DNA of 64,000 bases from Octopus vulgaris (Eukaryota), in assembly GCA_951406725.2 (NCBI GenBank), contig OX597818.1:129084001-129148000 (forward strand). The letters are read 5' to 3'. The translations under genes and the position numbers were made by a program. Below, one piece after another: positions 28,036 through 43,017 of the stretch (its first letter is position 1; each line of letters starts with the position of its first letter). The notes under the pieces were generated by a model. The model saw only the letters and a list, made by a program, of their open reading frames with translations. It ran no database searches and was not told where the DNA came from.

Positions 28036-28040
<5 letters not shown>

Positions 28041-28341
28041 AGAAGAAGAAGAAGACGACAACGACAAAGAAGAAGAAGAAGAAGAAGAAGAAGAAGAAGA
28101 AGACGACAACGACAAAGAAGAAGAAGAAGAAGAAGAAGAAGAAGACGGCAATGACGATGACAAAGAAGAAGAAGAAGAAGAAGACGACAATGACGACAAT
28201 GACAAAGAAGAAGAAGAAGAAGAAGACGACAACAACGACAACGACGACGACAAAGAAGAAGAAGAAGAAGAAGAAGAAGAAGAAGAAGAAGAAGAAGAAG
28301 AAGAAGAAGAAGAAGAAGAAGAAGACGAAGACGAAGAAGAA
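28036..28341. repeat. Compound (GAA)n/(GAC)n trinucleotide repeat
   Basis: Directly visible. Confidence 0.95.
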
Positions 28342-28343
28342 GT

Positions 28344-29262
28344 GCCCTTATGCAGCACGAGGCAGTGGCTCTCATGGCTTCTGATCTTAGCTGATTGGAA
28401 TTATTATCATGTACATGTTTTGTCTTGGTATAAAATATGGGCTACAGCAAATATTCTGCTCAATAACACAGACTTGCTTGTCAGTTTGCTTGACCTCAAC
28501 AACTTGAGCGTGTCCCTTAGTGACTGACGATATGTGCATCTCTGATCATGAACAGGAGTAGTGGGAGGTGTGGGGATCATAGCCATGTGTTGAGAGGAAT
28601 TCTTTGGGGTTTGGATAATTCACCTCTGGAAACATATGTGTTTTGTTTATCATCCTTAAACAAAGCTTATTCAGAGTCATTTTAAGTGGGAAAATTCTAC
28701 ATAACCCAGAGAAAATTCTAACTGGACCCCATCTGCAAGATCATGATGCAGAGGTGCAAATATATGAAGCTCAAAATGCCCATCATGACAACTTGTCTGA
28801 TAAGAGTAATTCAGAGACATGCATCATAACAATATTTGTGTGATATGGTGACCTCATATCAAGATATGCACATGATCTTGCAGGTGGGGCCCAGTTAGAA
28901 TTTTCTTCAGGTCAAGTAGCCCATCCAGCTCAAAAGGTCCCTGAATAAGGGTTACAGATGTTGAACAAAACACCCATGTTTCCAGAGGTGAAGTACTCAA
29001 ACCCCAAAGAATTCCTCTCAATACATGCCTATGATGCTCCCCCACTACTTGTGGTTGTGATCAGAGATACATATATCGTCAGTCACTAAAGGACATGCTC
29101 AATTGGTTGAGGTCAAGCAACTGACAAGCAAATCTGTAGTACTGAGCAGAATATTTGCTGTAGCCCATCTTTTATACAAAGACAAAACAATGTACATGAT
29201 GACGCTTCCAGTCAGTTAAGATCAGAAGCCAAGGGAGCCACTACCTGGTATTGCATTAGGGC
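28344..29262. mobile_element. Two family E copies in inverted orientation (28344-28745 +, about 28817-29262 -)
   Basis: About 400-bp arms are reverse-complementary (gcccttatgcagcacgaggcagtggct vs agccactacctggtattgcattagggc). Confidence 0.8.
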
Positions 29263-29304
29263 TTTTATCATCATCATCATCATCATCATTATTATTATTA
29301 TTAA

Positions 29305-29518
29305 CCCTTTTGATAGCAACCTGACTGAAACTGCATATAGGACAAATACCTTGTTTTCATAAGTTTTGAATTAAAATCTTCCATGAAACCTTAGTCACAA
29401 TTTATGTTCCTAACACTAGCTGAATGCTAACTAAGTTATTTTACTAAATTCTTTGTTATATTTAAGATTAATTGAAAGAAACACAGAAAATCTCAAAATA
29501 AATATGGCAAAAAAGGGG
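29305..29518. mobile_element. piggyBac-type MITE
   Basis: TTAA-CCCTTTT...AAAAGGGG-TTAA. Confidence 0.7.
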
Positions 29519-30098
29519 TTAAGGCTAGCAGAATCGTTTGAACGCCAGGCAAAAATGCTTGGCAGCCTTTCTTGCAGCTTTTTACATTTTGAATTCAAAT
29601 TCCGTCAAGGTCACCATTGCCTTTTTGTGTGTGTGTGTGTGTGGGGGGGGGGGTAAATAAAAATAAGTACCAGTTGAGCACTGGAGTCGATGAAATTGAC
29701 TAGTTCCCTTTCCCCCAAAATTTCAGGCTTTGTACCTATAGTAGAAAGAATTATTATTATTAGTGCTGTTATTATTTTTAGTAGTAGGAGTAATACCAGT
29801 TGTGAAAAATAGTAGTTGTAGCATTAGTAGTAACAACAGTAGCAGTACTAAAGTATTTGTAGTAATAGTATCTGTAGCAAATTATTATTATTATTATTAG
29901 TAGTAGTAGTAGTAGTAGTAGTAACAACAGCAGCATCAGCATCGGGAATGATGTAGAGTGTGTTTGTTTGTTTGTTGGTTGGTTTTTTTTACACAACTGT
30001 TTCCAATTCACATTATACAGCTCCTCCTTCTCTGCCTCCTCTTCCTCCTCCTCCCTTCTGTTTCAACCCAACTCCCTTTCTCATCATCAACATAATCC

Positions 30099-30129
<31 letters not shown>

Positions 30130-30429
30130 AATTAATATTACCCCACCTTCTTGAAATTAAATTAAATAAAATTATATTAAATTAAATTAAATTTCAGGCT
30201 TGTTACTTTTTCTTTCAAAAACCAAAAATATAAAATAAAAAAAAAAAAAATACCAAAATATTCAGAAAACAAAGAAATTTTAAAAAATTAAAAAAACAAC
30301 AACAACACTACAAATAAATAAAACAAAATAAAATTTTATGCAAATTACAGCCAATTCTGTCCAAGTGGCTCCACCTTCTTTTCAGTTCAGCAGAGCTTGA
30401 TCAAAAAATACTAGGGTGGTAACTAAACT

Positions 30430-31383
30430 ACTGTCGTCATGATGGTGGTGGTAGCATTGATGATGGGGATGTTGGTGGTGATGTCATTATTGCTGGTATT
30501 GATGACGGTGGTGGTAGTGGTGATGGTGATAGTGATGATGTGGGTGATAATGATATTGATGCTGATGGTGGTGGTGTTGGCGACGGAGATGGCGGTGATG
30601 TTAGTAATGGCATGGGGGAGGGGAATCATATTGCTCAATATGGTGGTGGTGGTGATGGTGTTGGTGGCGATGGTGATGGTGGTGTTGTGTGTGGTGTTAT
30701 TGCTGGTGATGGCAATGGTTGTTAGTGATGGTATGGTGGTGGTAGTGGTGGGAATGATCACATCGCTTGATGTGGTGGCTGTGATGGTGTCGGTGGTGGT
30801 GATGGTAGTAAGGGTGGGAGAAAATGTTGATGAGGGGTGGTTGATGCCGTTGAAATGTTTAGCCCCAGGTCAGCCTTAACTAAGTAGAACAGACCTATGA
30901 TCAATGGCATTCCAGCCATGATCATCCCATTTTTTTGTTACGTGCTAGGAACCCAGAGCCAAATTATTAGATATATTCTCTTTTTTCTTTTGATAATGGT
31001 AAGATAATAATTTGAGGGAAATTTGGCTGTTATTTCTTGTAGGTCAAGCAACCACATAGAAGCTCTCACAATGATGATAGTGGTGGTGGTGGTGTTGGTA
31101 GTGGTGATGTTGGTGTTGGTAGTGGTGGTGGTGGTGTTGGTAGTGGTGGTGTTGGTAGTGGTAGTGGTGGTGTTGGTAGTGGTGGTGTTGGTAGTGGTGG
31201 TGTTGGTAGTGGTGGTGTTGGTAGTGGTGGTGATGGTGGTGTTGTTGGTGTTGGTAGTGGTGGTGGTGGTGGTGTTGGTGTTGGTAGTGGTGGTGATGGT
31301 GGTGGTGGTGGTGTTACTGTTGATGGTCAGAATAGTATAAAACAGTGGTCATAATGGCAGTTGTGGCGCAGTTGTGATGCAGT

Positions 31384-31420
<37 letters not shown>

Positions 31421-33680
31421 AGTGAATGGCAGTTTGTGGTGGTGGTGGCGGTGGTGGTGGGGATTCTCATTTTCATTTAAATGTAATATGTTGCTCCATG
31501 TCGACAACTAGCTGTTTTCGTTTAGCCCAAGGTCAGCTCCAACTGAGCCGACATATGGTCATTAGATATCCTACTAATGACCATTTTGTCTTTGTTTAGG
31601 ACAGACCCGGGATGATGTGAACCAGCAATGGGACTATTTGCGGGAAGGCAGTGTATGAGTTGAGAGAGATTTGACTGTTGTTTCAGGCCAAGTTGACTGA
31701 CCACATAAGAGAGTGGTCGTAAGTAGGTAAGTAGATAGGGTAGCTTTAATAAACGCTACAGGTGGCAGTCAGGTATCAATGGCAGTAATGGTTTTGGTTA
31801 TGATGGTGATGGTTGTGGTGGTGGTGGTGGTAGTGGTGGTGGTGGTGCCAGCTTTAGCAGTGGTGTTGCTGATGTTGAAGGCGAAGGTATGTTGGTGGTA
31901 GAGATGGTTGTAGTGTTCTTGTTGTAGCTGATGATAATGTTGATGATGATGATGACGATGCTGATGTTGAGGATGGTGGTTGTACTATTGCTGTTGTTGG
32001 TGATGCTGGTAATGGTAAAGATAGTACAGGCCACAGTGGTGAGAGGTTTAGCTGTGGAGGTGACAGTGTAGCAGCAATGTAGTGGTGGATGTAGTTGTGT
32101 TGTTGGTGTTGGTGGTGTTTGGTGGTGATGGCGTTGGTGTGGCGGTGAGGGTGGCAGCAATGTTTGAGAGCAATGGGGTGTTGGCGGTGATAGCATTGGT
32201 GGTGGTGGTGGTGGTATCAGTGGTTGTGATGGTATGACATTGGTAAACATAATGATGGTGGTGGTGGTGGTGGTGATGGCGGCAGCTGTTGAGAGCGATG
32301 AAGGTGTCAGTGGTGACAGTGTTCGCGGTGATAGCGTTGGTGGCGATGGTATCGGCGGTGGCGATGGTATGACAGTGGTAACGATAATGATGGTCATGAT
32401 GATGATGGTGGTGGTGGTGGCGGTGGCGGTGGTTGTAGTGTTGTTGCGATGGCTATAGCGATAAAAAAAAAAACAAACAAACAAACAAACAAAACAGTGT
32501 GTTGAAGAGGGAGAGTGGGGAGCGGGGGATTGTCAGTGGCAGAGAAGGCGGCAGCAAAGAAATGGTAGCAAAGAGGAAAGGTGAGGTGCTTTGCGGCAAA
32601 AATCTAATTCTGCAGCAATGCCACCTGCATTAGTAAAAGACATAAGTTGCAGTTCCTGCTGCTGCTGCTGCCGCTACTGTTGTCATTATTGTTGTTATTG
32701 GTGTTAGTGCTATTGGTAATATTGGTGGTGTGGGAGGAGGCGGTGGTGTTTGTGGTGTTAGTTTCATAGTTGTTGTTGTTGTTGTTGTTGTTGGCATTAG
32801 TGCTTGTGTTGTTTTGTTTTTGCTGTTGTTGTTGTTGTTGTTGGCATAAGTGTTTGTGCTGTTGTTGTTGTTGTTATTGCTGTTGCTGTTGTTATTGTTA
32901 TTTTTAAATTTAATTTAATCTCTTTTCTTTTCTTTTCTTTTCTTCTCTTTCTTTTCTCTCTCTGTGTTTTTTTTTTGTTGTTGTTGTTAGTTTTTGTTTT
33001 TATTTGTTAGAGTGCAGCCAACTACTGTTGCACATTGACAGTGCAAGATGGTGCTATTATTTCAATGCTTCATTAGTATGCAAATTTCAAGAAAGGAGAT
33101 TAATGATAGCATCTTCCACCTACACCTTATTTCATTTTCTCCGATTCCTCCCCTTCCCCATCGTCATCATCATCATCATCGCCGTCGTCGTCATCGTCGT
33201 CTTCGTCATCATCATCATCATCATCACCATCACCACTAACACAACCACTGCTACCACCACTACCACCATCAGCAATTTTCTAACCAATACCGCTGCCACT
33301 GTTACTACTGTTTTTTTTGTGTGTCATCGTCATTTTTATCATTATCCTCGTTGTCATCATTGTCATCATCATCATCATCATCATCATCACCGTTGTTGTT
33401 GTTATCGTCGTCAACATCATCATCATCATCATCATCACTGTCATTGTCGTCAATGTCATAATCATCAGCATGGTTATCCTGATTGTGGTCATTATCAGAA
33501 TATGACCTCGTTATCATGATTATCGCCAGAATGCCAATTACTGACGTCATTGTCATCATCATTATCATTGTTATTGTTGTTGTTGTTGTTGTCTTCTTAA
33601 TCACTGTCATCATTGTCCTGATTGTCATCATCATCATCATCATTGTAAGGTACATCAAAATACACATCATCATCATTTTT
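30430..33680. repeat. Extended region of degenerate trinucleotide repeats (GGT/GAT/GTT/CAT)
   Basis: Directly visible; explains the poly-V/T/H ORFs. Confidence 0.9.
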
Positions 33681-34315
33681 ATTAAAGCAAAAATTACATA
33701 GATATAAGCTCCCCGTCACTTAGCGGTTCGGCAAAATAGACCAATAGAATAAGTACTGGGCTTACAAAGAATAAGTCTCGGGGTCGATTTGCTCGACTAA
33801 AGGCGGTGCTCCAGCATGGCCGCAGTCAAATGACTGAAACAAGTAAAAATGTAAAAAAAGTAAAAAAAAAGATATTACGAAACGTATATGTGTGTGTGTG
33901 TGTGTGTATTCGCTTAGGTGTCTTCAAATGTGTATAATTACATCAAATATATATATCATCATCATCATTATCATCATCATCATCAGCAGCATCATTTAAC
34001 ATCCGTTGTCCGTGCTGACATGGGTTGGATGATTTGACCAGGGCTGGAAAGCTGCACTGCTGCACCAAGCTCCAGTCTGATTTGGCATGTTTTTTTCACA
34101 GCCTGATGCCCTTCCTAACGCCAGCCACTCCGAGAGTGTAATGGGTGCTTTTACATGCCACAGGCACAGGTGCCATTTGTGTGACACCAGGATGTGCTTA
34201 CATGTCACTGGCTCAGGTACCAATTTGTGCAACACTGGTATCTGCCACAGCTGTGATTTTGCTTGGCTTGATGGGTCTTCTTCTCAAGCACGACATAATG
34301 CCAAAGGTCTTGGTC

Positions 34316-34452
34316 ACTGCCTCTGTGAGGCCCAACACTCAAAAGGAACTCAGCTACTTTGTCTCCATGAGGTCCAATGCTCTAAAAGAACTCAGTCACT
34401 TCACTTCCATGAGGTTCAACACTCGAAAGGAGCTCAGCCACTTTGCCTCTGT
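34316..34452. repeat. Tandem repeat of about 42 bp, about 3 copies, adjoining a minus-strand SINE C
   Basis: Unit ctttgtctccatgaggtccaatgctctaaaagaactcagtca recurs with substitutions. Confidence 0.8.
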
Positions 34453-34680
34453 GTATATATATATAATTTTATTTTGGGATGGTCATTTTCTTTTGTTTTT
34501 GTTTTTGCCAAGTAAACACATGCACTATATATTTTTCCTTCACTCAATTTATTATTGTTCTCATTTTATTATTTTTAACTCATGTGCATTGTCTGGAAAT
34601 CGTTCATCACACATTTGTGACCTCTTCAGTGACACTTTTCATGTTCATATGTGTTCCTGAAATGTATGTGTATATAGCGA

Positions 34681-34948
34681 GTGACTTGATCTGATATCGT
34701 GTGCTGGAACGAAAACAATTGCAGCATGGAAGGTGTTTATAAGCCATTTAAGAAACATACAAAACCGTTAGATTCACTTCAACATTTAAATTTAATTTGA
34801 TGCAGCACGAAGTTTTGTCAGTGAACAGGTCACAGTCTCAAAGCGATGAAAATATTTTGACAAATTAAATTTAAATGTTGAAGTGAATCTAACGGTTTTG
34901 TGTGTTTCTTAAATGGCTTATAAACACCTTCCACACTGCAATTGTGTT
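34681..34948. mobile_element. Penelope-like pLTR fold-back (family H6) with central atypical HHR
   Basis: Arms about 34717-34798 and 34862-34944; second family member at about 36880-37048. Confidence 0.7.
34814..34864 (+). ncRNA. Atypical hammerhead-like motif with G3:C8 core
   Basis: UUUGUCA GUGAACA G GUCAC..GCGAU GAAA AUAU UU/UGACAAA; 7-bp stem I; palindromic AAUAUU; the copy at 36992-37042 (-) has a perfect GUCGC/GCGAC stem II. Confidence 0.55.
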
Positions 34949-35440
34949 ATATATATATATATATATAGATACAGGTATTACTTTGTGGTAAGAAGTTTGC
35001 TTCCCAACTACAGAGTTCTACGTCCAGTCCCACAGAGTGACACCTGTTGACTAAAGGTTGACTAAAGCCTTGCGAAGTGCATTTGGTAGATAGAAGCAGA
35101 AAGAAGCATCTCATGTGTGTGTGTGTGTGTATTTGTGTAAGTGTTTGTCCCCAACCAAGACCAGAATGGAGTAAGTGGAGCAAGAACACATATGAAAACG
35201 AAAAGTGTCACTCAAGAGGTCACAGATGTGTGACAAAAGATTTCTGGACAATGGACAGGATTACAATAACAAAATAAAAACAGTAATAAACAAATGAGGA
35301 GAAAATATATAGTGCATGTATTTATTTGGCAAAAAAAAAAAAAGAGAAAAGACCATCCCAAAATACAATATCTGCTTCAACACACAATTTCACATCAGGA
35401 ATCTTGCATAATGAATTGATAAACGTAAATATATATATAT

Positions 35441-35660
35441 ATGACTGTGTGCTGAAATGACTGCTCAACCACTCAAATGTGGAAGTCATATATCTCGACT
35501 TTGCAAAGGCCTTTGATAATGTCGATCATGGAATGCTATGTCGCAAACTGCGTGATCTTGGCATAGTTGGAAAATTGGGAGAGTGGCTTCATGACTTTCT
35601 GAAGGATAGAAGTCAGGTGGTAGTAGCCAATGGGGCCACTTCCACTAACACGCAAATAAA
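35441..35660 (+). mobile_element. CR1/L2-type LINE RT fragment
   Basis: VIYLDFAKAFDNVDHGMLCRKLRDLGIVGKLGEWLHDFLKDRSQVV. Confidence 0.8.
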
Positions 35661-36057
35661 GTTTCCAAGCTTCCAGAGGTGCCAAGATTGCAAAGTTTCT
35701 TATTTCCAAAGTATTTCTTTTTTTTTCCCCCCAAAAAATCTCAAAGCTACATGATAATGCATGATTAATTAAAAAATCAGGTTAAAGGGTTAAATATTTT
35801 TTGTTTTACTTGTTTCATTCACTGAACAGTAGTCATGGTGGAGACACCATTTTGAAGGGTTTAGTCAAACAAGTAGAGCCCAGTTCTTAATTTTTTAATC
35901 AGGTACTTATTCTTTCAATCTCTTTTTCTGAACTAAATCACATGGATGTAAACAGACCAACACAGGTTGTCAAGCAGTTGGGATTACAAGCACAAAGGCA
36001 CGCACACACACGTGCGCATGCGTACACACACATATACATATGTGTATGTATATATCA

Positions 36058-36418
36058 CCTTGATCACCTTGACCGACCAGTCCGTCAGGCGTCCATTTGA
36101 CACCACTGGTCACAGCAAGCTGTCCACTCCTCTCTGGATCTCGCCTTTCTCATCCACGTGATCCCAATCGTCCTCCTGAAATCGTAATTCCACCGTCATG
36201 GAGGTCTTCCGGGTGGTCTTTTCTGCTCGTGCGGGTACCACTTCACAACTGCGTGCGTCCACCAATTATTGGTGAGCCGGGCGACGTGTCCAGCCCATCT
36301 ATACTCGCTGCGTGTATACTCTGCAATGACATCTCTCACGCCAGACTTCTTTCTGATAATCTCGCTACTTATGTGCTCTCTCAATGAGATACCAAGCATT
36401 GCCTTCAATGGCATAAGG
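36058..36418 (-). mobile_element. RTE-clade LINE 3' end
   Basis: AMLGISLREHISSEIIRKKSGVRDVI...RWAGHVAR...WYPHEQKRPPGRPP. Confidence 0.85.
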
Positions 36419-37313
36419 GTATGTATATATATATATATATATTAAAAGTAATTAAGTCAATGTCAAGTTGTAAAGTGATGAATGGTTTCACTTTAGCCTC
36501 ACTGACGTCCCATCAGACTCTAAAGCCAAAGACAAATGAATTCTTCACTTCTGGGAGGCAGGAATCCGTTATGGTCATTTGGTCAGTTGGTTATCAAAGA
36601 AAAGAAAGTCTATGGTCAGCTTTTTGTGGGCCAAAAGAGGGGGAACAAGGGGTTTATTTCTTCAGTTGCTTATGGGTCGTAAGGACATTAATAAATATAG
36701 GTGCCTCAACATGGCTGTAGTCTAATAACTGGAAAAAGTAAAAGATAAAAGATTTATATATATATTTATTAATGTTTGTTTTTATGTTTAGTCATAATAT
36801 AAAAAATATTTTATTAATCTGAAAAGTTACTCCATACTTTTGTAGAGTATAAATTTATTGTTTCTTTCTCAAGAATAGTCTTGATCTGAGATTGTGTGCT
36901 GGAATGAAAACAATTGCAGCATGGAAGGTGTTTATAAGCCATTTAAGAAACACACAAAAACCGTTAGATTCACTTCAACATTTAAATTTAATTTGTCAAA
37001 CTATTTTTGTCGCTTTGAGACCGCGACCTATTCACTGACAAAACTTCATATATATATATATATATATATATATTTATGTATGTATATATTTATCTGTATG
37101 ATTGTCTGTGTTTGTCTTCCCACCCAAGGCTGGTGTGTTTATGTCCCCGTAACTTAGAAGTTTAGCAAAAGAGACTGAAAGAGACTAGACTTATGAAGAA
37201 TAAGTCCTGTGGGGGATTTCTTTGACTAAAACCCTTTAAAGTGGTTTTCCAGCATGGCTGCAGTTAAATGACTGAGACAAGTAAAACAATATATATATAT
37301 ATATGTATATATA

Positions 37314-37351
<38 letters not shown>

Positions 37352-37353
<2 letters not shown>

Positions 37354-37700
37354 ATAACAAAGGGTAAAATTAATTAATTAAGAAGTAATCAATAATTTCA
37401 CCAAGTAGAATTCGGTATGAAAAAAGGACCATTTCACGGTAAACTTAAGTAATACTTATTAATAAGGGTTCAGCAAAGATTTGCTTTACCACATACCAAA
37501 GTTTAGAAATAGCAGCCAAAAAATCTTAGCTATTTCTTCTACTTTAAAAAGGGACTCCTAGAGAAAGTATTTTCAAGTATTTTCGTTTCTCTAGCAGTCC
37601 CTTTTTAAAGAAGAAGAAATAGCTAAGATTTTTTGGCTGCTATTTCTAAACTTCGGTATGTGGTAAAGCAAATCTTTGCTGAACCCTTATTAATAAGTAT
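37352..37700. mobile_element. Fold-back repeat with 3' tail, probable Penelope-like pLTR end
   Basis: Arms about 37452-37566 and 37584-37700, flanked by (TA)n; related tails at about 38230-38430 and 39850-40013. Confidence 0.6.
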
Positions 37701-38137
37701 ATATATATCTATATATATATATATGTATATACTCACACATACATATATTGTTATGCAATATATCCCTGGTTCTCTCATATAACTGGTCAGAATGTTACCA
37801 ATGGTTTTGCACTATCGATTACACTTGACAATTTTGATGTGTCTTTAGACATACTGGCCAGAAGAAGTCTTGGACATTTACCCACTAGGACAATTACTTC
37901 TAAGCAGTTAACCCCAGATGTGTACAATGTTTTCTGATCTATAAACTGCTATTTTTTACCTGGGAAATTTAGTGTGTGGCTTAGAGAAAGGTGTGCCTAG
38001 TGTGTGTGTATTTTCATAAGTTTCAGGAGGAAAATAATTTGTGTATGAAGATCGAATGATTCCACTGATTTTTGTTAGAGGAAAAGTTGGTCGGTGAACA
38101 AAATGAAAGACTCGTTTTTTCCTTTGTCTTCACATTT

Positions 38138-38177
<40 letters not shown>

Positions 38178-38545
38178 ATTAGAGATAAAACCACTATTAG
38201 GCAAATCAAACAGTGAAATATTCAAGAAGTTGCTTAAACCACAAACCGAAAATATTAGAAATATTCTATTTCTAATATTTTCGGTATGTGGTTTAAGCAA
38301 CTTGTTGCAAAAAACCCTTTATTATAATTATATATAATTTTTACCGAATATGGTCCTTTCCATACCAAATGACTACTTGGTGAAATTTTTTGATTTTATT
38401 AAATTAATTATATTTCACCCTTTATATTTATATATATATATATATATAACGGGAAGCTTTATGAAAATAAACAAAAGACGAAGGCAGGTGGAATACAAAC
38501 AAACAATTGTATTAGTATGGCGCTCAGGAATATAAATAAAACAAG

Positions 38546-38583
38546 TCTTTTACGTTTCGAGCCTACACTCTTCAACAGAAAGA
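38546..38583 (-). ncRNA. Minimal HHR motif, family H7 (A6U core)
   Basis: UCUUU CUGUUGA A GAGU-GUAG-GCUC GAAA CG UA/AAAGA, within a repeat at about 38450-38660. Confidence 0.65.
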
Positions 38584-38820
38584 TACACAGAAAAGAAACA
38601 CAGAAAGAAACAAGGAGAGAAAAAAAAATGCGTGCAGAGGCTAGCGAATCAACATGGCAATCAGAATAAAGTCACTTGGCACAGACTGACCTTGAACTCT
38701 GCTGTGCATGTGCACTGAATTTTAATGTTCTTGCTCACTTCTGCTGTTTACAGCAGTGCTTGGAAGGGACGTGTGTAGTGTGTGATCATTGCATTGACCA
38801 TAACTAAGGAAGTTGTCATG

Positions 38821-38867
<47 letters not shown>

Positions 38868-39455
38868 CTGAATAGAGGCAATTATGCGGATAAACAAATT
38901 AAATATTAACAGCTTGGGTATGAGATACAAAATATGTATATATGTATACCACTGAACAGAAGAAAGCAAAAACTGAAGATTTTCAGGCAGCTATTTAAGT
39001 ATAAATATATGTTTATATATTAATAGATCAAACTTACACAGAGTACAAAATGACTAGAGAAAAATTAAAGGGGAAGAAATAAGGTGTTATAAGTCCAGCA
39101 GCTGTTTCTGGGGCCGATATGCTAAAATAAAAGCTAAATTCTGATATCAACCATTCTTGTTCAACGATTGGACAATTTGCTTTACTTGATTTGAGATATT
39201 CAATGTTCTTTAGCATTCAAGTCTTAAAAGAGCCTGTCTTTTGATGCAACTCTGCAGCCAATAAGCACATAAATAAAATGCATTATATTATATGTGTATG
39301 TGTATATATATATATATATTATATTAAATTAGAGATAAAACTACTATTAGGCAAATCAAACAATGAAAAACTTAAGACAATACATAAAATTAATTAATTT
39401 ATATTATTTTAAATATATATCAAAAGTATTAAAATTTAATAAAAGATAATGAGTA

Positions 39456-39530
39456 AAACACTACGATCGTTTCATGGCTGTCCAATTCGTAATAATTCGA
39501 GTTATGGTTACAGTCAATCTTCAGGTAATT
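39456..39530 (-). ncRNA. Type I HHR motif (family H8)
   Basis: AAUUAC CUGAAGA UUGACUGU...ACAGCCAU GAAA CGAUCG UA/GUGUUU; palindromic ACGAUCGU; GUA triplet. Confidence 0.75.
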
Positions 39531-39588
39531 GAAATATTTATCTTAGCGAGGTTTATCAATGAACTCTAAGTTACGAGGATGTAAACAC

Positions 39589-39644
<56 letters not shown>

Positions 39645-40011
39645 TATATATATAAATGTGTTTACATCCTCGGAACTTAGCAGTTCGGCAAAAGAAATGA
39701 ATAGGATAAGTACTAGGCTTACAAAGAATAAATCCTGGAGTTGATTTGCTTGACTAAAGGCAATGCTCCAGTGTGGATGCAGTCAAATGACTGAAACAAG
39801 TAAAAGAATAAAATAGTAAAAGTATATATATATATATATATATATATCAGTAACAATAAAGGGTGAAATTAATTAATTTGGAATAATTAATAATTATACC
39901 AAGTAGATTTTGGCATGTAAAAGCCTCATTCGAGGAAAATTTAAGTAATACTAAGTAATACTAAATTCGGTGTGTGGTGAGGCAATTCGTTGCTAAACCC
40001 TTAATTGCTTA

Positions 40012-41687
<1,676 letters not shown>

Positions 41688-42924
41688 TTATAAATAGGGG
41701 TGTTGTGGTTGACGGTAACAATGGGAGTAGGGTAGAGAGCCCCAATAGCATCCCCAGCATCATTTCCCGCAATAGCAGCACCACGGGCACTAGTAATGAC
41801 AGCACTCTGATAGATAGTGGAGAATCAGGGGTTATTCCTATAGTTAATAGTGACGTAGTGGAAAATAGAGTAGTAAGCGGCTGCAGGTCTCGGAATGAAT
41901 ATAGTGACAGGAACGCAGTTCTAATTTCAGAAACTAATCCTAGCAGAATAAGATTCACGTCGGCGAACTCCAAGATCAAAAACGCCGTCTACCAATGCAA
42001 GGTTTACACGGACTCAGATGTCTTCACTTATGTAGGGGCCTCATCCTCAAGATTGTCTTTGCGAGTCTCCAACCGTTACGCAACTTTTCGGGACATGAAC
42101 AAGCGCCAGACCACGGGACTCAGTAAGCTAATATGGCGACTGAAGGATACGAACTTAAGCTACAGGCTGGAATGGTCAATTTTGTCGGTGGCCCTCCCAT
42201 TTGATAGGGGCAGAAGGCAGTGCAACCTTTGTGTCTCCGAACTCTTCCATATTTTGTTTGCCAGAGGCCGGATGGTAAACGGGCTTTTACAGTCGGCTTT
42301 TCGATGCCCCCATTGGCGGCGTTACACTTATCTGGCTTTTAAATAGCGTTTATAAATAATACCGGCACCCATAGCCCTTGGTAACAAATTCTGAAATAGC
42401 CTTTAAGTTATTTACGATTAACCACTGCAAGGGGATTCACTCCTGTAAGATAAACGGGGCTTGGTTTTTTCACAACGGGGGTTACCTTGACAAGGCAGGC
42501 TTAGATGAACACACACACACATAAAACATAATATATATTTTTTTCTGCCACCCAACGGTTCTTACTGCAGTAGCCACTGACAGCCGAACGATCAAACGCA
42601 CACACGTACACAAAAAATGTTTTCTACCCCTACGCCAGCACACACATATATAGAACAGTATACATACACACGTCTCTAAGTAGATTTTTCTCGCCCCTTA
42701 TAAAACATCCAATATTCCTTAAATAGTCAGAACTTTATTCTCGGTCACAAAGAACATCTACACACCCTCACCCACATGATTGACCGATGCCTGACCCGTT
42801 AAATTCTTCAGCCACCGGTTCTCAACATACACTGATAAACAGTTTTGCCATGGGCTCTTAGGAGCCTAGTTCGATTTGTTTTGCTCCGCCTCTGTTCTGT
42901 TTTTGTTTTTTCCAACGGATTTCC

Positions 42925-43017
42925 TATTTCTTCCTGAAGAGAAAGACACAATATGGTCCCATTATTCAATCGGATTTTGGTAAATTGTGCCTTTCGAAAC
43001 ACGTGTAGAATGAAATA
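42925..43017 (+). ncRNA. Type I hammerhead ribozyme in the 3' pLTR of the Penelope-like element
   Basis: UAUUUC UUC CUGAAGA GAAAGACACAAU...AUUGUGCCUUUC GAAA CACGUG UA/GAA U GAAAUA; canonical core; GUA triplet; AATAAA at 43014-43019. Confidence 0.9.

Noticed and set aside
34316-34452. CRISPR-like array
   Set aside because: Contiguous tandem units without unique spacers, in a eukaryotic context with no cas genes
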